From assembly GCF_006345805.1 (NCBI RefSeq), contig NC_043014.1, positions 24,738,001 through 24,802,000 of the forward strand: 64,000 nucleotides of DNA, in the 5' to 3' direction. Shown one piece after another: positions 23,838-36,962 of this stretch (the first letter of the stretch is position 1; each line of letters starts with the position of its first letter). This DNA comes from Octopus sinensis. Lineage: Eukaryota. The position numbers and the translations under genes were made by a program. Below the pieces are notes generated by a model. It was not told where the DNA came from. It saw only the letters and a program-made list of their open reading frames with translations, and did not search any database.

Positions 23838-26094
23838 CATCATCATCATCGTTTAACGTCCGTTTTCCGCGCTAGCATGGGTTGGACAGTTCGACCGGGG
23901 TCTGGGAAGCCAGGAGCTGCACCAGGCTCCAGTCTGATCTGGCAGTGTTTCTACAGCTGGATGCCTTTCCTAACGCCAACCACTCCACAAGTGTAGTGGG
24001 TGCTTTTTACGTGCCAGGGAAGTCTGGCATCGGCCACGATTGGTTGGTGCTTTTAACGTGCCACTGGCACGGAAGCCAGTCAAGGCGGCGCTGGCATTGG
24101 CCAAATTCGGATGGTGCTTTTTATGTGCCACCGGCACAGAAGCCAGTCAAGGCGGTGCTGGCATCGGCCACGTTCAGATGATGCTTTTTATGTGCCACCG
24201 GCACAGGTATCACAACTACTATTTCCATCGATATTTATTTCGATGTTCATGTACTTGACTCAATAGGTCTCCTCAAGCACAGCGGGATGTTCTGGAATCC
24301 AAGGTACTTTGAATGGGCAGGGGCTATGCGGAACTGGTGCAGGAAGCAGCCTGGGTCTTTGCAGTCACAGCATATCTCCAGAGATCTCGGTCCTTCGCCA
24401 TTGCCTCTGTGAGGCCCAACACTCTGAGGTCATGCTTGACTACCTCATCCCATGTCTTCCTGGGTCTACCTCTCCCCCTGGTACCTTCAACTGTTTGGGA
24501 GCGGCACTTCTTCACACATCTCTCCTCATCCATCCGCAGTACATGACCATACCATTGCAAGCGTCGCTCTTGCACACCACATCTGATGCTTCTTATGTCC
24601 AGCATTTCTCTCAGGGTGCTTACCCTCTGTCGTGCGCGCACACTAATATTACACATCCAGCGGATCATGCTAGCTTCATTTCTTTCAAGTCTACGCATGT
24701 CCTCTGCAGTCACGGCCCATGTTTCACTACCGTGAAGCATGGCAGTTCGCACACATGCATCATATAATCTACCTTTCACTCTAAGCGAGAGACCCTTTGT
24801 CGCCTGTAGGGGTAGGAGCTTTCTAAACTTTGCCCAGGCTATTCGTATTCTAGTGGTGACACTCTCTGAGCATCCACCTCCACTACTAACTTGGTCACCC
24901 AGGTAGCGGAAACTATCAACTACTTCTAGTTTCTCCCCCTGGAGTGTGATGGAATCTGTTTTCTGAGTATGTGTGGTGTCTATTGTCCCTGTGCATCTGC
25001 CGCACATGAAAGCTATCTTATCAGTTAATTTCCCTTTGATGTTGCTGCACCTCTTATGCATCCATAGCTTACACTGGGTACATCTTATGAAGTTTCTACT
25101 TACACCTTTCCTACAGATCGAGCAGGGCCACCTGCCCGAGGGTGTGTGTGCTGAGTTCACCTTTCTGCTTGCTATAACTTTGGTCTTTGCTACATTTACT
25201 CTAAGGCCCTTTGCTTCTAACCCTTGCTTCCACACCCGAAATTTCTTTTCTAGTTCCGGTAGTGATTCTGCTATGAGAGCCAGGTCATCAGCATAGAGGA
25301 GCTCCCAGGGGCAACTTGTTTTGAATCCCTCTGTTATTGCCTGGAGGACTATGATGAATAAAAGGGGACTGAGGGCTGAGCCTTGGTGTACACCTACTTC
25401 TACCTGGAATTCTTCACTATATTCGTTGCCAATCCTAACCTTGCTGACAGCCTCTCTGTATAGGGCCTGTACAGCCCTTATTAGCCATTTGTCAATCTCC
25501 AGTCTCTGCATCGACCACCAGATAAGGGATCGCGGGACCCTGTCAAAGGCTTTCTCCAAGTCCACAAAAGCTATGTAGAGGGGTTTATCGTTAGCTAGGT
25601 ACTTCTCCTGCAGTTGTCAGACCAGGAATATAGCATCAGTGGTGCTTCTACCCGGCACAAAACTGAACTGCATCTCATCTAAGCAAATTCTCTCCCTAAT
25701 GAGATGGGTTATGACCCTCTCTGTGACCTTCATCACCTGATCCAACAGTTTAATACCCCTGTAGTTATTTCTATCTAGAGCATCACCCTTACCCTTGTAG
25801 CAGTTGACTATGGTGCTGCTACGCCAGTCATTGGGTATGACTCCATTATGAACTACCTGGTTTACAATGGTTTACATAGCCAGCTGTTTTAAGCATCTCA
25901 GCAGTGATTCCTGATGGGTCGGGGGCTTTACCTGGTTTCATACCCTTAATTGCCTTAACTACAAGGAAGCTGTCTATTCGGATAGCTGGTCCCTCTCCTG
26001 GGTCAACATTTGGCAGGCTCTCCTCTTCTCATTCATTCTCCACATTCAGCAGTCTTTCATAATGGCTTCTCCAAGCCTCTTTCTTTTCACCATC
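23838..26094 (-). mobile_element. 5'-truncated RTE LINE with a 413-aa RT frame
   Basis: ORF 24324-25565: DLEKAFDRVP, HQGSALSPLLF, LYADDL; (CAT)n tail. Confidence 0.95.
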
Positions 26095-26119
26095 ATATAT
26101 ATATATATAATATATATAT

Positions 26120-28330
26120 ATTTTATAAAATTAATTAATTTTTATAAGATTTTTAGAGTATATACAATAATTGGTAGTTATATAAATTATTTAATTTATT
26201 GAGTATTGAGTATAATTTATAGTAGTTATTTTTAATGATAAAATAAAGTATATAGTGGTTTTATTCTCTTTACCTTTTATAGCTAAACTATAGCCATTGA
26301 CAATATTTATTCATAATTTTCATTGATAAAATAAATTCATAGTTTTCATTGTTAAAAGAATTTTTCATCTGTTTATTCTATTTCTGTTAATAACATAATT
26401 CCATGAGTATTCTTATAAACGCTGAAAAGATGTTTTCCATTTTAAAATTTTAGTTCATGACACAACTTTGGAAAGCTAAGTAAACCATTTCTATTTAAGA
26501 TTTTTAAAAGTTTTATTGTATCATATTGTTTACTATATAACTACTGATTGTTAATATGATTCTATAATTATTTAGTTGTTGAAGATATGTATATAATTAT
26601 TAGATTATAACTGTACGTTATTTGTAAGATATTACTTAGCCAAAGAGATATATAGATCGCAAATAGTTATATGTTTTTTTTAAGTTAGGTTACTAGTTTA
26701 TAATTTGATTTTAATGTTTAATTTTTCAATGTATCTCATAAATATATTATATTAATATTTAATATTTATGTAAGTAGAATTGGATTAATCAATTTATTTA
26801 TTTTTCATTATATGTCTATATATTTATTGATAGCGTAAATTTTAGATTTTAATTACTATATTTGTTGATAATAATTTAGTTATTATTTTTTAAATATTTT
26901 ATAATTATTAGATGTGAACTTAAATCTAAAAATATGAATAGTGATTATTTAGTTAAATTATTTGGTAATTAAATATTGGACTATAACTGAGTTAAAGATA
27001 TTCGTGAGTTTATTGTTTTTTTAAGCCATATCATATCTTCATAGATATCTCTAATAGTGACTTTGTTCTCTTTATCTATTATAGCTAAAACTTAGCCATT
27101 TTCCATTGATAATATTTATTCGTGATTTTCATTGATAAAATATATTCGTAGTTTTCATTATTAAAAGAATTTTCCATCTGTTTATTATAATTTTAGTTAA
27201 TGACAGGGTTTTTGAAAGCTAATTAAACCTTTTCTATTAAAGTTATTTTAATAAGTTTTATTGTATTGTATTGGATAGTATATAACTACTGATTGTTAAT
27301 TTGATTCTATAATTATTTAGTTGTTGAAGATATGTATTTCTTTATTAGATTATAACTACGTTATTTGTAAGTTATTATTTAGCCAACGAGATATATAGAT
27401 CATTAAATAGTTATACAGTTCTTTTAAGATAGGTTATACGTTTATAATTTGCTTTTTAATCTTTAATTTTTTAATATATTTCATAAATAATAAATATATT
27501 ATATTAATATTTAATATTTACGTAAGTAATAATGGACTAATTAATTTATTTATTTTTCATTATATGTCTATATATTTATTGAGAGAGTAAATTTTAGATC
27601 TTAATTATCGTATTTGTTGATAATCATTTAGTTATTATTTTTAAATATTTTATAATTATTAGATGTGAACTTAATCTTAAAAATATGAATAGTGATAATT
27701 TTGTTAAATAATTTGGCAATTAGATATTGGACTATAACTGAGTTAAGGATATTCATGAGTTTATTATGTTTTTTAAAGCCAAATTATATCTTAATAGATA
27801 AATAATTTTTTCTATCTATTTTTTTACCTTAAAAATTAATATTTAACATAATAAATGGGTTGTATGACATAATCCTAATATTTTAAGTCTCTAATTTAGA
27901 TAATAGAGTTTTTTTTATAAGAAAAATTATTATTTTATTTATTTCTTAAAAAAATATTGTTTAACTCTATTTGCTTATTTATTTAACTATTATCATTAAC
28001 CTGAAGATTGACTATAATTTTAATTCGAATTTTCAATTGAATTTAAACTTAATTGTAATTTGAATTGAATTATAGCCATGAAACATACGTAGTATTTTTA
28101 CTTGTTATATTATATTTAACTTTTTTATACTTTTTGGTTAGTTATATATAAAAAAAAAATTTAATTTAAAAGTTTAAAAATATAAATTTAAAAATGAAAA
28201 ATTTTAATAATTAAAATTTTATATATATTATATATTATATCAATTATATTTATTTTTTGTTTTTATGTTTTGATTTATGTCTATCACTGTTTGAGTTGCC
28301 TAATAGTGGTTTTATCTCTAATTTAATTTA
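26120..28330 (+). mobile_element. Very AT-rich degenerate PLE-like remnant with a ~790-bp diverged tandem duplication
   Basis: 26280-27060 aligns to 27080-27790 by eye; ends in a decayed HHR and the shared terminal motif. Confidence 0.5.
27998..28094 (+). ncRNA. Degenerate type I hammerhead
   Basis: CTGAAGA-T-TGACTATAATT...AATTATAGCCA-T-GAAAC-ATAC-GTA^; long stem II retained, stem I only 2 bp. Confidence 0.55.
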
Positions 28331-28421
28331 TATTTATACTGTGAAATTTGATTTAATCCTAAATCTAATGTTCCCCTGTAAGTTTGGATATACTCCCTAA
28401 TATTATTATTATTATTATTAT

Positions 28422-28462
<41 letters not shown>

Positions 28463-28879
28463 TATTATATGATCGAATGCTATGCATCCATTTCCAAGTA
28501 AGGTTTATCTTAATAATTTCGATGCGCACTCTACAACCTATCTCTATTCTATCTCCCTCTCTTGTTCCTCTTCCTTTGTTTTTCTCTCCCACCCTTTCTC
28601 TAATTCTTCTCCTCTCTCCTTTGCCATTCCCCCTCTCTCTCTCACTCTTCCTCCTTGACTCTCTCGTTGCTCACACATGACCAATGGCTATCCATCTTTC
28701 TTTCTTCTACTTCCTTCCTAAAGACAAGACACGCTTTTGCCTTCAGCAAAAGTGTCAAAGTGCATCCCTTGACCAAGTTTGCATACACGAGGCAAATAAT
28801 ATCATGAGATTTGGAAAGCAGTTCCTTGATAGCATTTCTTGTTTGATAACTTTGAATACATGACTCTACCACATGTCAT

Positions 28880-29200
28880 CAGATGAAAGGTTGAATGTAT
28901 ATCGTGCATGGACACATTAGCAGAAGGCTCCAGGATGATAGTAACATTGATAATCAAAGCAGTCAATCATGGATAAACACCCGGATTACTAACTCTCACT
29001 TTGAAGGGTATGTGTTTATAATCCAGTACAGAATATATCAACCAAATAGGGACAGAGATGCAAGGCAAACACCAAAATGTGATAGCATGGAAGATATCAC
29101 CTACATCATAAGCAGTTGTCCAAATGAAGTAATTGGTTGATCTGAATCAAAATTCAGAGATGCATCGATACAGCAAAATTGAAAGCAATCTGAGCAAAAT
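28880..29200 (+). pseudogene. Probable R4/Dong-like LINE C-terminal fragment
   Basis: HGHISRRL...ID...SQSWI...EGYVFIIQ...KC...EDITYIISSCP resembles the pre-CCHC region of RLE-type LINEs. Confidence 0.5.
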
Positions 29201-30171
29201 TAAAGGAGGCTCATTTTGTGAACGAAACTAACTAGATTGGTGATTTCTAGCAGAAATGCCATTTTTAAAGAATAACAACGAAATCTTTACGAATAAAATA
29301 AGTGGGCAAAAGTGTGTGCATGTGTATGTGTGTTCACATTATTCTTACGGTGGGAAATTATTGATTTGTCTGTTATAAACGAACAATGCTATTTGCTCAC
29401 CAATTAAGATATAATAAATAAATAAATAAATAAACGAATACGTACAGGCGTCGATTTAAAAATCTCTATACCGTCACCGTGTGCCTATTAGTTATTTCCC
29501 CTTATTTCAAGACCAGTAACTCTAGTTGGCTAAAACCACGTGCCTATTTACATTTTTTAGACTCGTTCTTTAACGCTTTAAAAAAATACAATATTATTCA
29601 GATAATAACAAAAGCTGCTGCTTAACAATGTCCAAAGCGGTATTAGGGACGGTCAGTATGGCTAAGACAATACGAACTCATTGGAAAAAGTCCATATTGA
29701 TTTGCGGCTTAGCAAGCTATGGGCTAAGATATGCAAACAGTTTATACAGGTTTGTATAATTCAATTTTGGTAATGAAACCCGGAGGTTTTTATTTTATTT
29801 AATTTTTGGTTTTTATAGGTTATGGTTTTTTTTTTCCTTTTCTATCATAAGAGCTATGAAAATAATTATCCATGTGCGAGAATAGAAAATGTTCCATCTG
29901 TATGTGTTAGTAGTAGTGTTACTTTTGTCACTGTTGACATTTGTTGTCAAAAGAAAACACGCATACTTGTAATTTTTTTTCCATATATATTTCGCCTGAT
30001 ATAGCTATGATATTTCCTTTCCTTTTATTTTCACTTTATCCGTTTTTTTTTTTTTGGTTTTTTTCAGAGACGAACTCATACGGAGAGCTTATTGTGCTGA
30101 GGCTGTAGTAATTATAACTGCTTATTATTTCTTTCTTAATTTGGAGGGCACTCTCTTTTTCTCCCCTCCCC

Positions 30172-30203
<32 letters not shown>

Positions 30204-30287
30204 CCTCTTCCATTCCATTATAACTCCATTGTATTCCTTGCGCGAAACTGATTCGTAAGACTATCCGTGATGGATATATGATACTGT

Positions 30288-30418
<131 letters not shown>

Positions 30419-30606
30419 AAATATATATATATATGAAAATTTATAAATATAAATTAATAATTTTAAATTTTTAACTTTAAATTTAAATAATTTTAAATTT
30501 TTAATTTTATATTTTTTGTATATTATATTAATTAATTTTATTTCTATGTTTTGGTTTATGTTTTTCACTGTTTGGTTTGCCTAATAGTGGTTTTATCTCT
30601 TATTTA

Positions 30607-30647
<41 letters not shown>

Positions 30648-30656
<9 letters not shown>

Positions 30657-31822
30657 GCATCCTTTTTGTCTCGGGAGACAATGGAGTTGCGCATAAAATA
30701 GTCTAGTCCGGCTTTTACATTTCATGTCCTGATACATTTCCTGCTGTGGCTGTGTAGTCCTATCCTGGACAAACACTCCCTCTGGCATGTACCGCAAATG
30801 TAGCGAAGACTGTCCCTGGCTGGTTGTAATGTCATAGTTTCTTGTTGACGTCTTTTCTTGTCTTTCCATTTCTCCTCTCTCTCTCTCTGTCACTCCTTTG
30901 TATTCCTTCTTTTACGGTACGTCGCCAATCTCCTCGGTTGCTGGCAATTGCTTCCCAACCGCTAATATTGATGTTGCAGGCCTTCATGTCCCTTTTGCAA
31001 ACATCCTTGTAACGTAAGAACGGTCTACCCACAAACCTAGTACCCCTAGCAAGCTCTCCGTAGAGTATGTCCTTGGGGATTCTGCCATCTTTCATACGGC
31101 TAACATAACCAAGCCATCTCATACGTCTTTGTGTGAGGAATGCAAACATGCTTGGTATTCCTGCTTGCTTGAGGACATCTTTGTTGGGGATATGATTCTG
31201 CCATTTGATGCGGAGGATTTTCCGGAGGCAGCGCAGGTGAAAGATGTTTAGGCGACGCTCTTGGCGTGTGTATAGTGTCCAAGTCTCACTTCCATACAGT
31301 AAGAGTGCTAAGTACACATGCCTGGTAGATCTTCATTTTCGTGGTCTTGGTCAGCTTATTGTTGGGCCATCGCAGCAGCTGCCTTGCCAATGCGTATATT
31401 GAGCTCAGCGTCAAGGGATAGGTTGTAGGTGACGGTAGAGCCAAGATAGGTAAACTTCTCCACCTCCTGTAATCTGTGGTCTCCAATATGTATGTTTGGG
31501 ATGTCCGATGTAGCCTGACCCATGATGTTGGTCTTCTTAAGGCTGATAGCTAAGCCAAAGTCGTTACATGCTTGCCCAAAACAGTTAATGAGCCTTTGGA
31601 GGGCTTCTTCTGTGTGTGATACCAGAGCGGCATCATCAGCAAATAGCATCTCCTTGATCAGAACGTTTCTGATTTTGGTTTTGGCACGCAGGCGCGAGAA
31701 ATTGAACAGTTTCCTGTCACTTCTACTGTGCAGAAACACTCCATCATCTGATGTCTGAAAGGCATGTGAGAGTAAGAGCGTGAAGAAAATGCCAAATAAT
31801 GTAGGAGCGAGGACACAACCTT
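30648..31822 (-). pseudogene. RTE-BovB-like RT 3' fragment
   Basis: QGCVLAPTLF, EMLFADDAAL, LLYGSETWTLY, RLNIFHLRCLRKIL, GRIPKDILYGEL. Confidence 0.92.
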
Positions 31823-32710
31823 GCTATACAACACATGTTTTGGCAGCATGTACAGCATTGGGCCTTACAATTAACTTGAAGAAAACTGTTCTGATGTACC
31901 AATCTGCACCCTCTAAGCTTTATATATGGAACTTTCTGTAATTGTATATGCACAAAGGTTAGAAGTTGAAATCAAATTCATATATTTAGGAAGTACTCTG
32001 AGCACTACTGGTCTTGATAATGAAATTTCGTATAAAATCAGCAAAGCTTGTAGTGCTTTTGGTAGGCTTGACAAGTGTCTCTGGTCACACTATAGTATAT
32101 CTATCCAAACTAAAGTTAGGGCTTATAGCACATGTGTTCTGCCATCATTACTCTAAGGAAGTGAGACATGGGTTGTTTATCATAAGCATTTGAGGCTTTT
32201 GGAACGATTCCATCAATATTGTCTTAGGAAAATTCTTGGTATAAATTGGAGAATAGTGATTAGTGATGTAGTGGTATTTGAGAGAAGTTGTAGTGGGAAG
32301 GTGGAATCAATCATTCTGCAAAGTTGTTTGAGGTGGGGTGGACATCTGGTGAGAATGAATGATAAAAGACTTCCTAAGCAACTTTTGTATAGTGAGCTGA
32401 AAAATTGTAAAAGGCCAGCACATAAACCCAAAATGCTGCCTTAAAACTGCTTTGCCACAGACAGGAATTTCAGATGTTAATTGGGAGAAAGTAGCACAAG
32501 ACCGAAATGGATGGCGGAAAAGAGTACACTGTGGTTGTTTGAAGTTTGAAAGAGAGAGAATGAAGCACAAGAAGATCAAGAGAAGCTTAGAAAGAATGAA
32601 CCAATAGAAAATGAGAGAGGGTTGTTTTTTAACATGTTTGATTTGTAGGAGGAAATGCTTGAGCCATGCAGGCCTGGTCAGCCATCAGAGAAGTCCCAGA
32701 AATTAACCCC
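31823..32710 (+). pseudogene. Second, divergent RTE-BovB-like RT 3' fragment
   Basis: GLTINLKKT, FIYLGSTLS, LERFHQYCLRKIL, RLPKQLLYSEL. Confidence 0.88.
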
Positions 32711-33074
32711 TTGTAAATTGTGATATAACTACTGTTCACAACAGAACATTTGCAATCAGTTGGAGGATTAAAATGACATGTCAAAAGACTTCATACTGTG
32801 GCACCTGTTCCTTCTGCTAGCCAGCACAACTGTGCATTATGCAATAAAATATGCTACTCTTTGGCAGGGCTCAAGTGTCATATAAGGGCCTCACATTGCA
32901 TTATCAATTACTCATTTCAGTGATTCTTTCTAGCAATGGCTTTGCTTATATACGAAAAAGCAGCCTGTACACACACAGCTATATATACTCATTCTAACAG
33001 CCACTTGGATGGAATTCATTAAAGTAGATTTTCTATTACATGATGCTTTTCCTGTAGCTAACCCTTACCTGTTT

Positions 33075-33705
33075 CATCTTCTTACAAGTTAGAAAGACCC
33101 CTTTGTGCGGACTTAACACCCACAATTTATTGATTTTTATCTAAGCAAAGATGAATACAGTTGTACTCTTGGAAGCTGTAGGGTTACCCGAGCATAAAAG
33201 ATGAGCATTATTTGTAATTCAATGGTACAACAGTTTGCTTTGACATACACTTAGATTGTGATTTCTGCAATGTGCTGGGTTGGGTGTGAAACCAAAACTT
33301 ACAAACCCCTCATATAAACCTCCAACTAGCTCAAAGAAATTTAAACAATAGATATAGGACCTGAGTTAAAAAGATTCTCAACAATTCAACTTAACATTAA
33401 GACGCCCACCCCCAATAGGGGCCTTAACTCTGACATTTTAGAGCTCCATGAACTGCATTTTTCAGGAGCAAAATTCTTTTAACAGGTTCTATAAGAATGG
33501 AATTTTGGAATATACGCATAAAAATCAGTAGTATGGGATACATATGGCCCAATTACAATTTTTTTAGGGTGTGTAAAGAGGGAAATACCCTCATCTGCAA
33601 TTTTGATGAAATTCGAAACATAGGTATTTCAGTTCATTACAGAAAATATAACAGAAAAGTCTAATTCTTCAATTGCATGTAACATGGGCAATGCCGGGTA
33701 ACTCT
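33075..33705 (+). mobile_element. Non-autonomous Helitron-like fragment (paralog of 55215-56316)
   Basis: Direct similarity in two blocks; ends GGGCAATGCCGGGTAA... Confidence 0.6.
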
Positions 33706-34134
33706 GCTCATGTATATATATATTTTTTTCGGTGAATGGTGTGGGTGAGAATGTGTTTCAAGTGAGGGTGGATGAGTGTTTACATATAGGTGCATGTACG
33801 TGGGTGTGTGGGCATGCATGTGTTGGTACAGACATACGTGCCTACACAAATACTATGAACATTTTTACTCCCTTACCTTTACTCCTCCCTCACTTAGCAG
33901 TCATTCAAATAGCTCTTTTGTCTTAATAACGGTCAATCACACAATAATTTCCCTTTGTTTAATGGTAATTTTCATAGCATTTCTTCCAAGTTTTATCTTG
34001 GCTACTGAATAATTCTCTCATATTACATTTACAGATAAATTCCCCTATTTACATATCGAGGTCTCTTTGATTCTTTTTTTATCTTACCATTTCTACCAAT
34101 ATGTATGTATGTATGCATGCCCTATTCATAAAGG

Positions 34135-35365
34135 AGGTTGCAGAGCAGAGGCCAAAAACCTATCTCTTTGACCTTGCACATCAGCAAGGTCATGGAACGA
34201 ATAGTCAGAAGAAAACTAATCACCTTCCTTGAAGAAAATGACTTGCTGACTGACACCCAACAAGGTTTCCGACCAGGAAGAAGCTGTCTAACTCAGCTTT
34301 TACAACACGATGACTGGGTGCTGAAACAGCTGCTCAACCACTCAAATGTGTACGCGGTATATCTCGACTTTGCAAAGGCCTTTGATAAAGTCAATCATGG
34401 AATGATATGTCACAAACTGCTTGATCTCCGCATAGTTGGAAAATTGGGAGACTGGCTTCATGATTTTCTGAAGGATGGCAGTCAGGTACACAAATAGTGA
34501 GCAGTGTTCCACAAGGCATAGATTTGGGACCACTATTGTTCATAATAGCCCCTTCAGATATGCCCTCAGCCACCCAAAGAGCCATGATCACAAGTTGTGC
34601 AGATGATACAAAAGTCTCACAGGTAATACAGAACCCTAAAGACACTATGCACCTGCAATGTGAGCTGGATGAAATATACAAGTGGGCTGAAAAGAATAGC
34701 ATGCAGTTTAATGCTGGAAAGTTTCAAGCCTTGTGCTATCAGCATGCAAAACTAAATGAAATACCCATTAAATACACTGGACCTGCAGGGATAGTAATCG
34801 ACCTGGGCATTTATATTGACTGTGATGATGCATCCTTCCATGTGCATGTTGTTCAATTGACAATGAAATGCTGAATGGATGGATTCAGAGATTAAGACTC
34901 TATTCCTGAGAGCACAAGCGCAAAAGATTTGCCATAATATACATCTGGAAGATCCTGGAGGGACTTGTCCCAAACTTTGGCATCGAGAGTTACACAAATA
35001 CTAGAACTGGATGCCACTGCATAGTGCCAAGAACTCGAAATTTGCCATCAAGATACTGCAGTAGCCTGGGCTTCACAGGACCACAGCTCTTCAATATCCT
35101 CCTGAAGGACCTGAGAGACCTGCATGGGGTGGATGTAGGTGTCTCCAAAATAAAGCCGGACCTATTACTATTAAGTGTTCCAGATGAGCCAACTTTGCAG
35201 CAGGAGGCGCAGATGAGGGCAGCTGCATCAAACTCCCTCATGCACCAAATGTCAATTCTTAAAAAGCATTCATGAAATAAAATTATGTAGCAACATCAAA
35301 TGGCAGTGCCCCAGCATGGCCACAGCTCATGAGCTGAAACTAGATGAAATCAAATCAAATATATA
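34135..35365 (+). pseudogene. CR1-like LINE RT 3' fragment
   Basis: QQGFRPGRSCLTQLL, YLDFAKAFDKV, VPQG..LGPLLF, ADDTK; CCCCAGCATGGCC 3' UTR. Confidence 0.9.
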
Positions 35366-35401
35366 TGTATGTATATGTGTATATATTTATGTATAGATGT
35401 A

Positions 35402-35447
<46 letters not shown>

Positions 35448-35653
35448 TTAATAAATAAAACATATGCATATATACATACATATATGTACGTACCTACCTC
35501 TACATGTATATATACACGCATATATGGGTACAGGACACCAAAAAAACGTCGAACACAATGAGAAACGAAAACATAAACACAAAACCAAGGAACTGGACAT
35601 TTTTTTTAAACAACGAAAAAATAGAGTACAGGACAAATAACACAAGGAAAATT

Positions 35654-35714
35654 CCCCTTCTTCAGTCGCCATGGTTTCATCTACTCTGCGTTTCGAAGGT
35701 GAAGGCGATACGCA
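35654..35714 (-). ncRNA. Non-circularly permuted hammerhead-like motif (family 1, intact core)
   Basis: TGC-GTA^-TCGCC-TTCA-CCTTC-GAAAC-GCA-16nt-GGCGA-CTGAAGA-AGGGG: stem III 5 bp, stem I 5 bp, stem II 4 bp including two G.U. Confidence 0.7.
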
Positions 35715-36316
35715 TCTTCGATAGAAATTTTCATTCCTGCGAAAAGCAAATTAAATAAAATTTGAGATCTTTTTGCAGAGGGGTAAAAATGGTAACAAAA
35801 ACAGGACAGTAACGAGAGTACAAAATATAAACAGTAAAAGACAGGACAAGGAGCATAACAAGACAAGAAGGGCTGTTAAGCCGAATGAGGAAAAGTATTA
35901 CGAACGCTCTTTTTGAGAACGGCGAAGGAGCAACAGAAAATGCCGTCCACACTTCAAGGAAGTCAGGCCAGAAAGACAGTAGCAGAGCTCTCGTCGCGGG
36001 TCAACGACGGGAGGGAGGAGGAGGAGCAAGAAAAAGGGAGAGAAAAAAAGGGAATGGTTGTGAGGAAACCAGAAAGAATGAAGAATGAGAGAGAGGGAGA
36101 GACAGTAAGGTAGAAGAAAAGGAAACCAGAAAGAATGAAGGCTGAGAAAAGGAGGGGACAGAAAGGTTAAGAGTGCGCATCATTATTAATATCAAGAACA
36201 ATCTTACTTAGAAATGGATGCATGCGTTCCGTCATATAATGAATGAATTAATAAATAAATATATGTATGTATATATATATATTATGTGTGTGTGTATATA
36301 TATATACACGTGTATG

Positions 36317-36350
<34 letters not shown>

Positions 36351-36384
36351 GTGTGTGTGTGTATATATATATGTGTGTGTGTAT

Positions 36385-36961
36385 ATCATCATCATCATCA
36401 TCATCGTTTAACGTCCGTTTTCCGCGCTAGCACGGGTTGGACAGTTTCGACCGGGGTCTGGGGAGCCAGGGGCTGCCCCAGGCTCCAGTCTGGTCTGGCA
36501 GTGTTTCTACAGCTGGATGCCCTTCCTAACGCCAACCACTCCGCGAGTGTAGTGGGTGCTTTTTACGTGCCACCTGCACAGGTGCCAGAGGGGTCTGGCA
36601 TCGGCCATGGTCGGTTGGTGCTTTTTATGTGCCACCTGCACAGAAGCCAGTCGGGGCGGTGTTGGCATTGGCCACGTTCGGATGGTGCTTTTTATGTGGG
36701 GGGGGAGTGCAGAAATATAGGGGAGCACCAGTGGGGAGGGGTGTTCGGAGTGTTCATGTACTTGACTCAACAGGTCTCCTCAAGCACAGCGGGACGATCT
36801 GGGATCCGGGGTACTTTGAATGGGCAGGGGCTATGCGGAACTGATGCAGGAAGCAGCCCGGGTCTTTGCAGTCACAGCATGTCTCCAGAGATCTCGGTCC
36901 TTTGCCATTGCCTCGGTGAGGCCCAACGCTCTGAGGTCAAGCTTGACTGCCTCATCCCATG
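36385..36961 (-). mobile_element. RTE 3' end fragment
   Basis: (CAT)n-CGTTTAACGTCCG tail plus ORF C-terminal codons similar to 23838-24450. Confidence 0.85.
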
Positions 36962-36962
36962 T

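Noticed and set aside
26120-28000. Possible mitochondrial insertion (NUMT), suggested by extreme AT content here and at 6900-7700
   Set aside because: No recognisable mitochondrial gene, rRNA or tRNA; the segments end in hammerhead motifs and a dispersed nuclear repeat terminus
33600-33635. TTGATGA-AATTC-GAAAC-ATAG-GTA
   Set aside because: C3 is missing and there is no stem I; ordinary Helitron internal sequence (paralog near 56210 lacks GTA)
35676-35690. GCAGAGTAG resembling the 3' conserved part of twister ribozymes
   Set aside because: No matching UAA-P2 or L4 (NNYAAGC) elements upstream; the permuted hammerhead explains the pairing better
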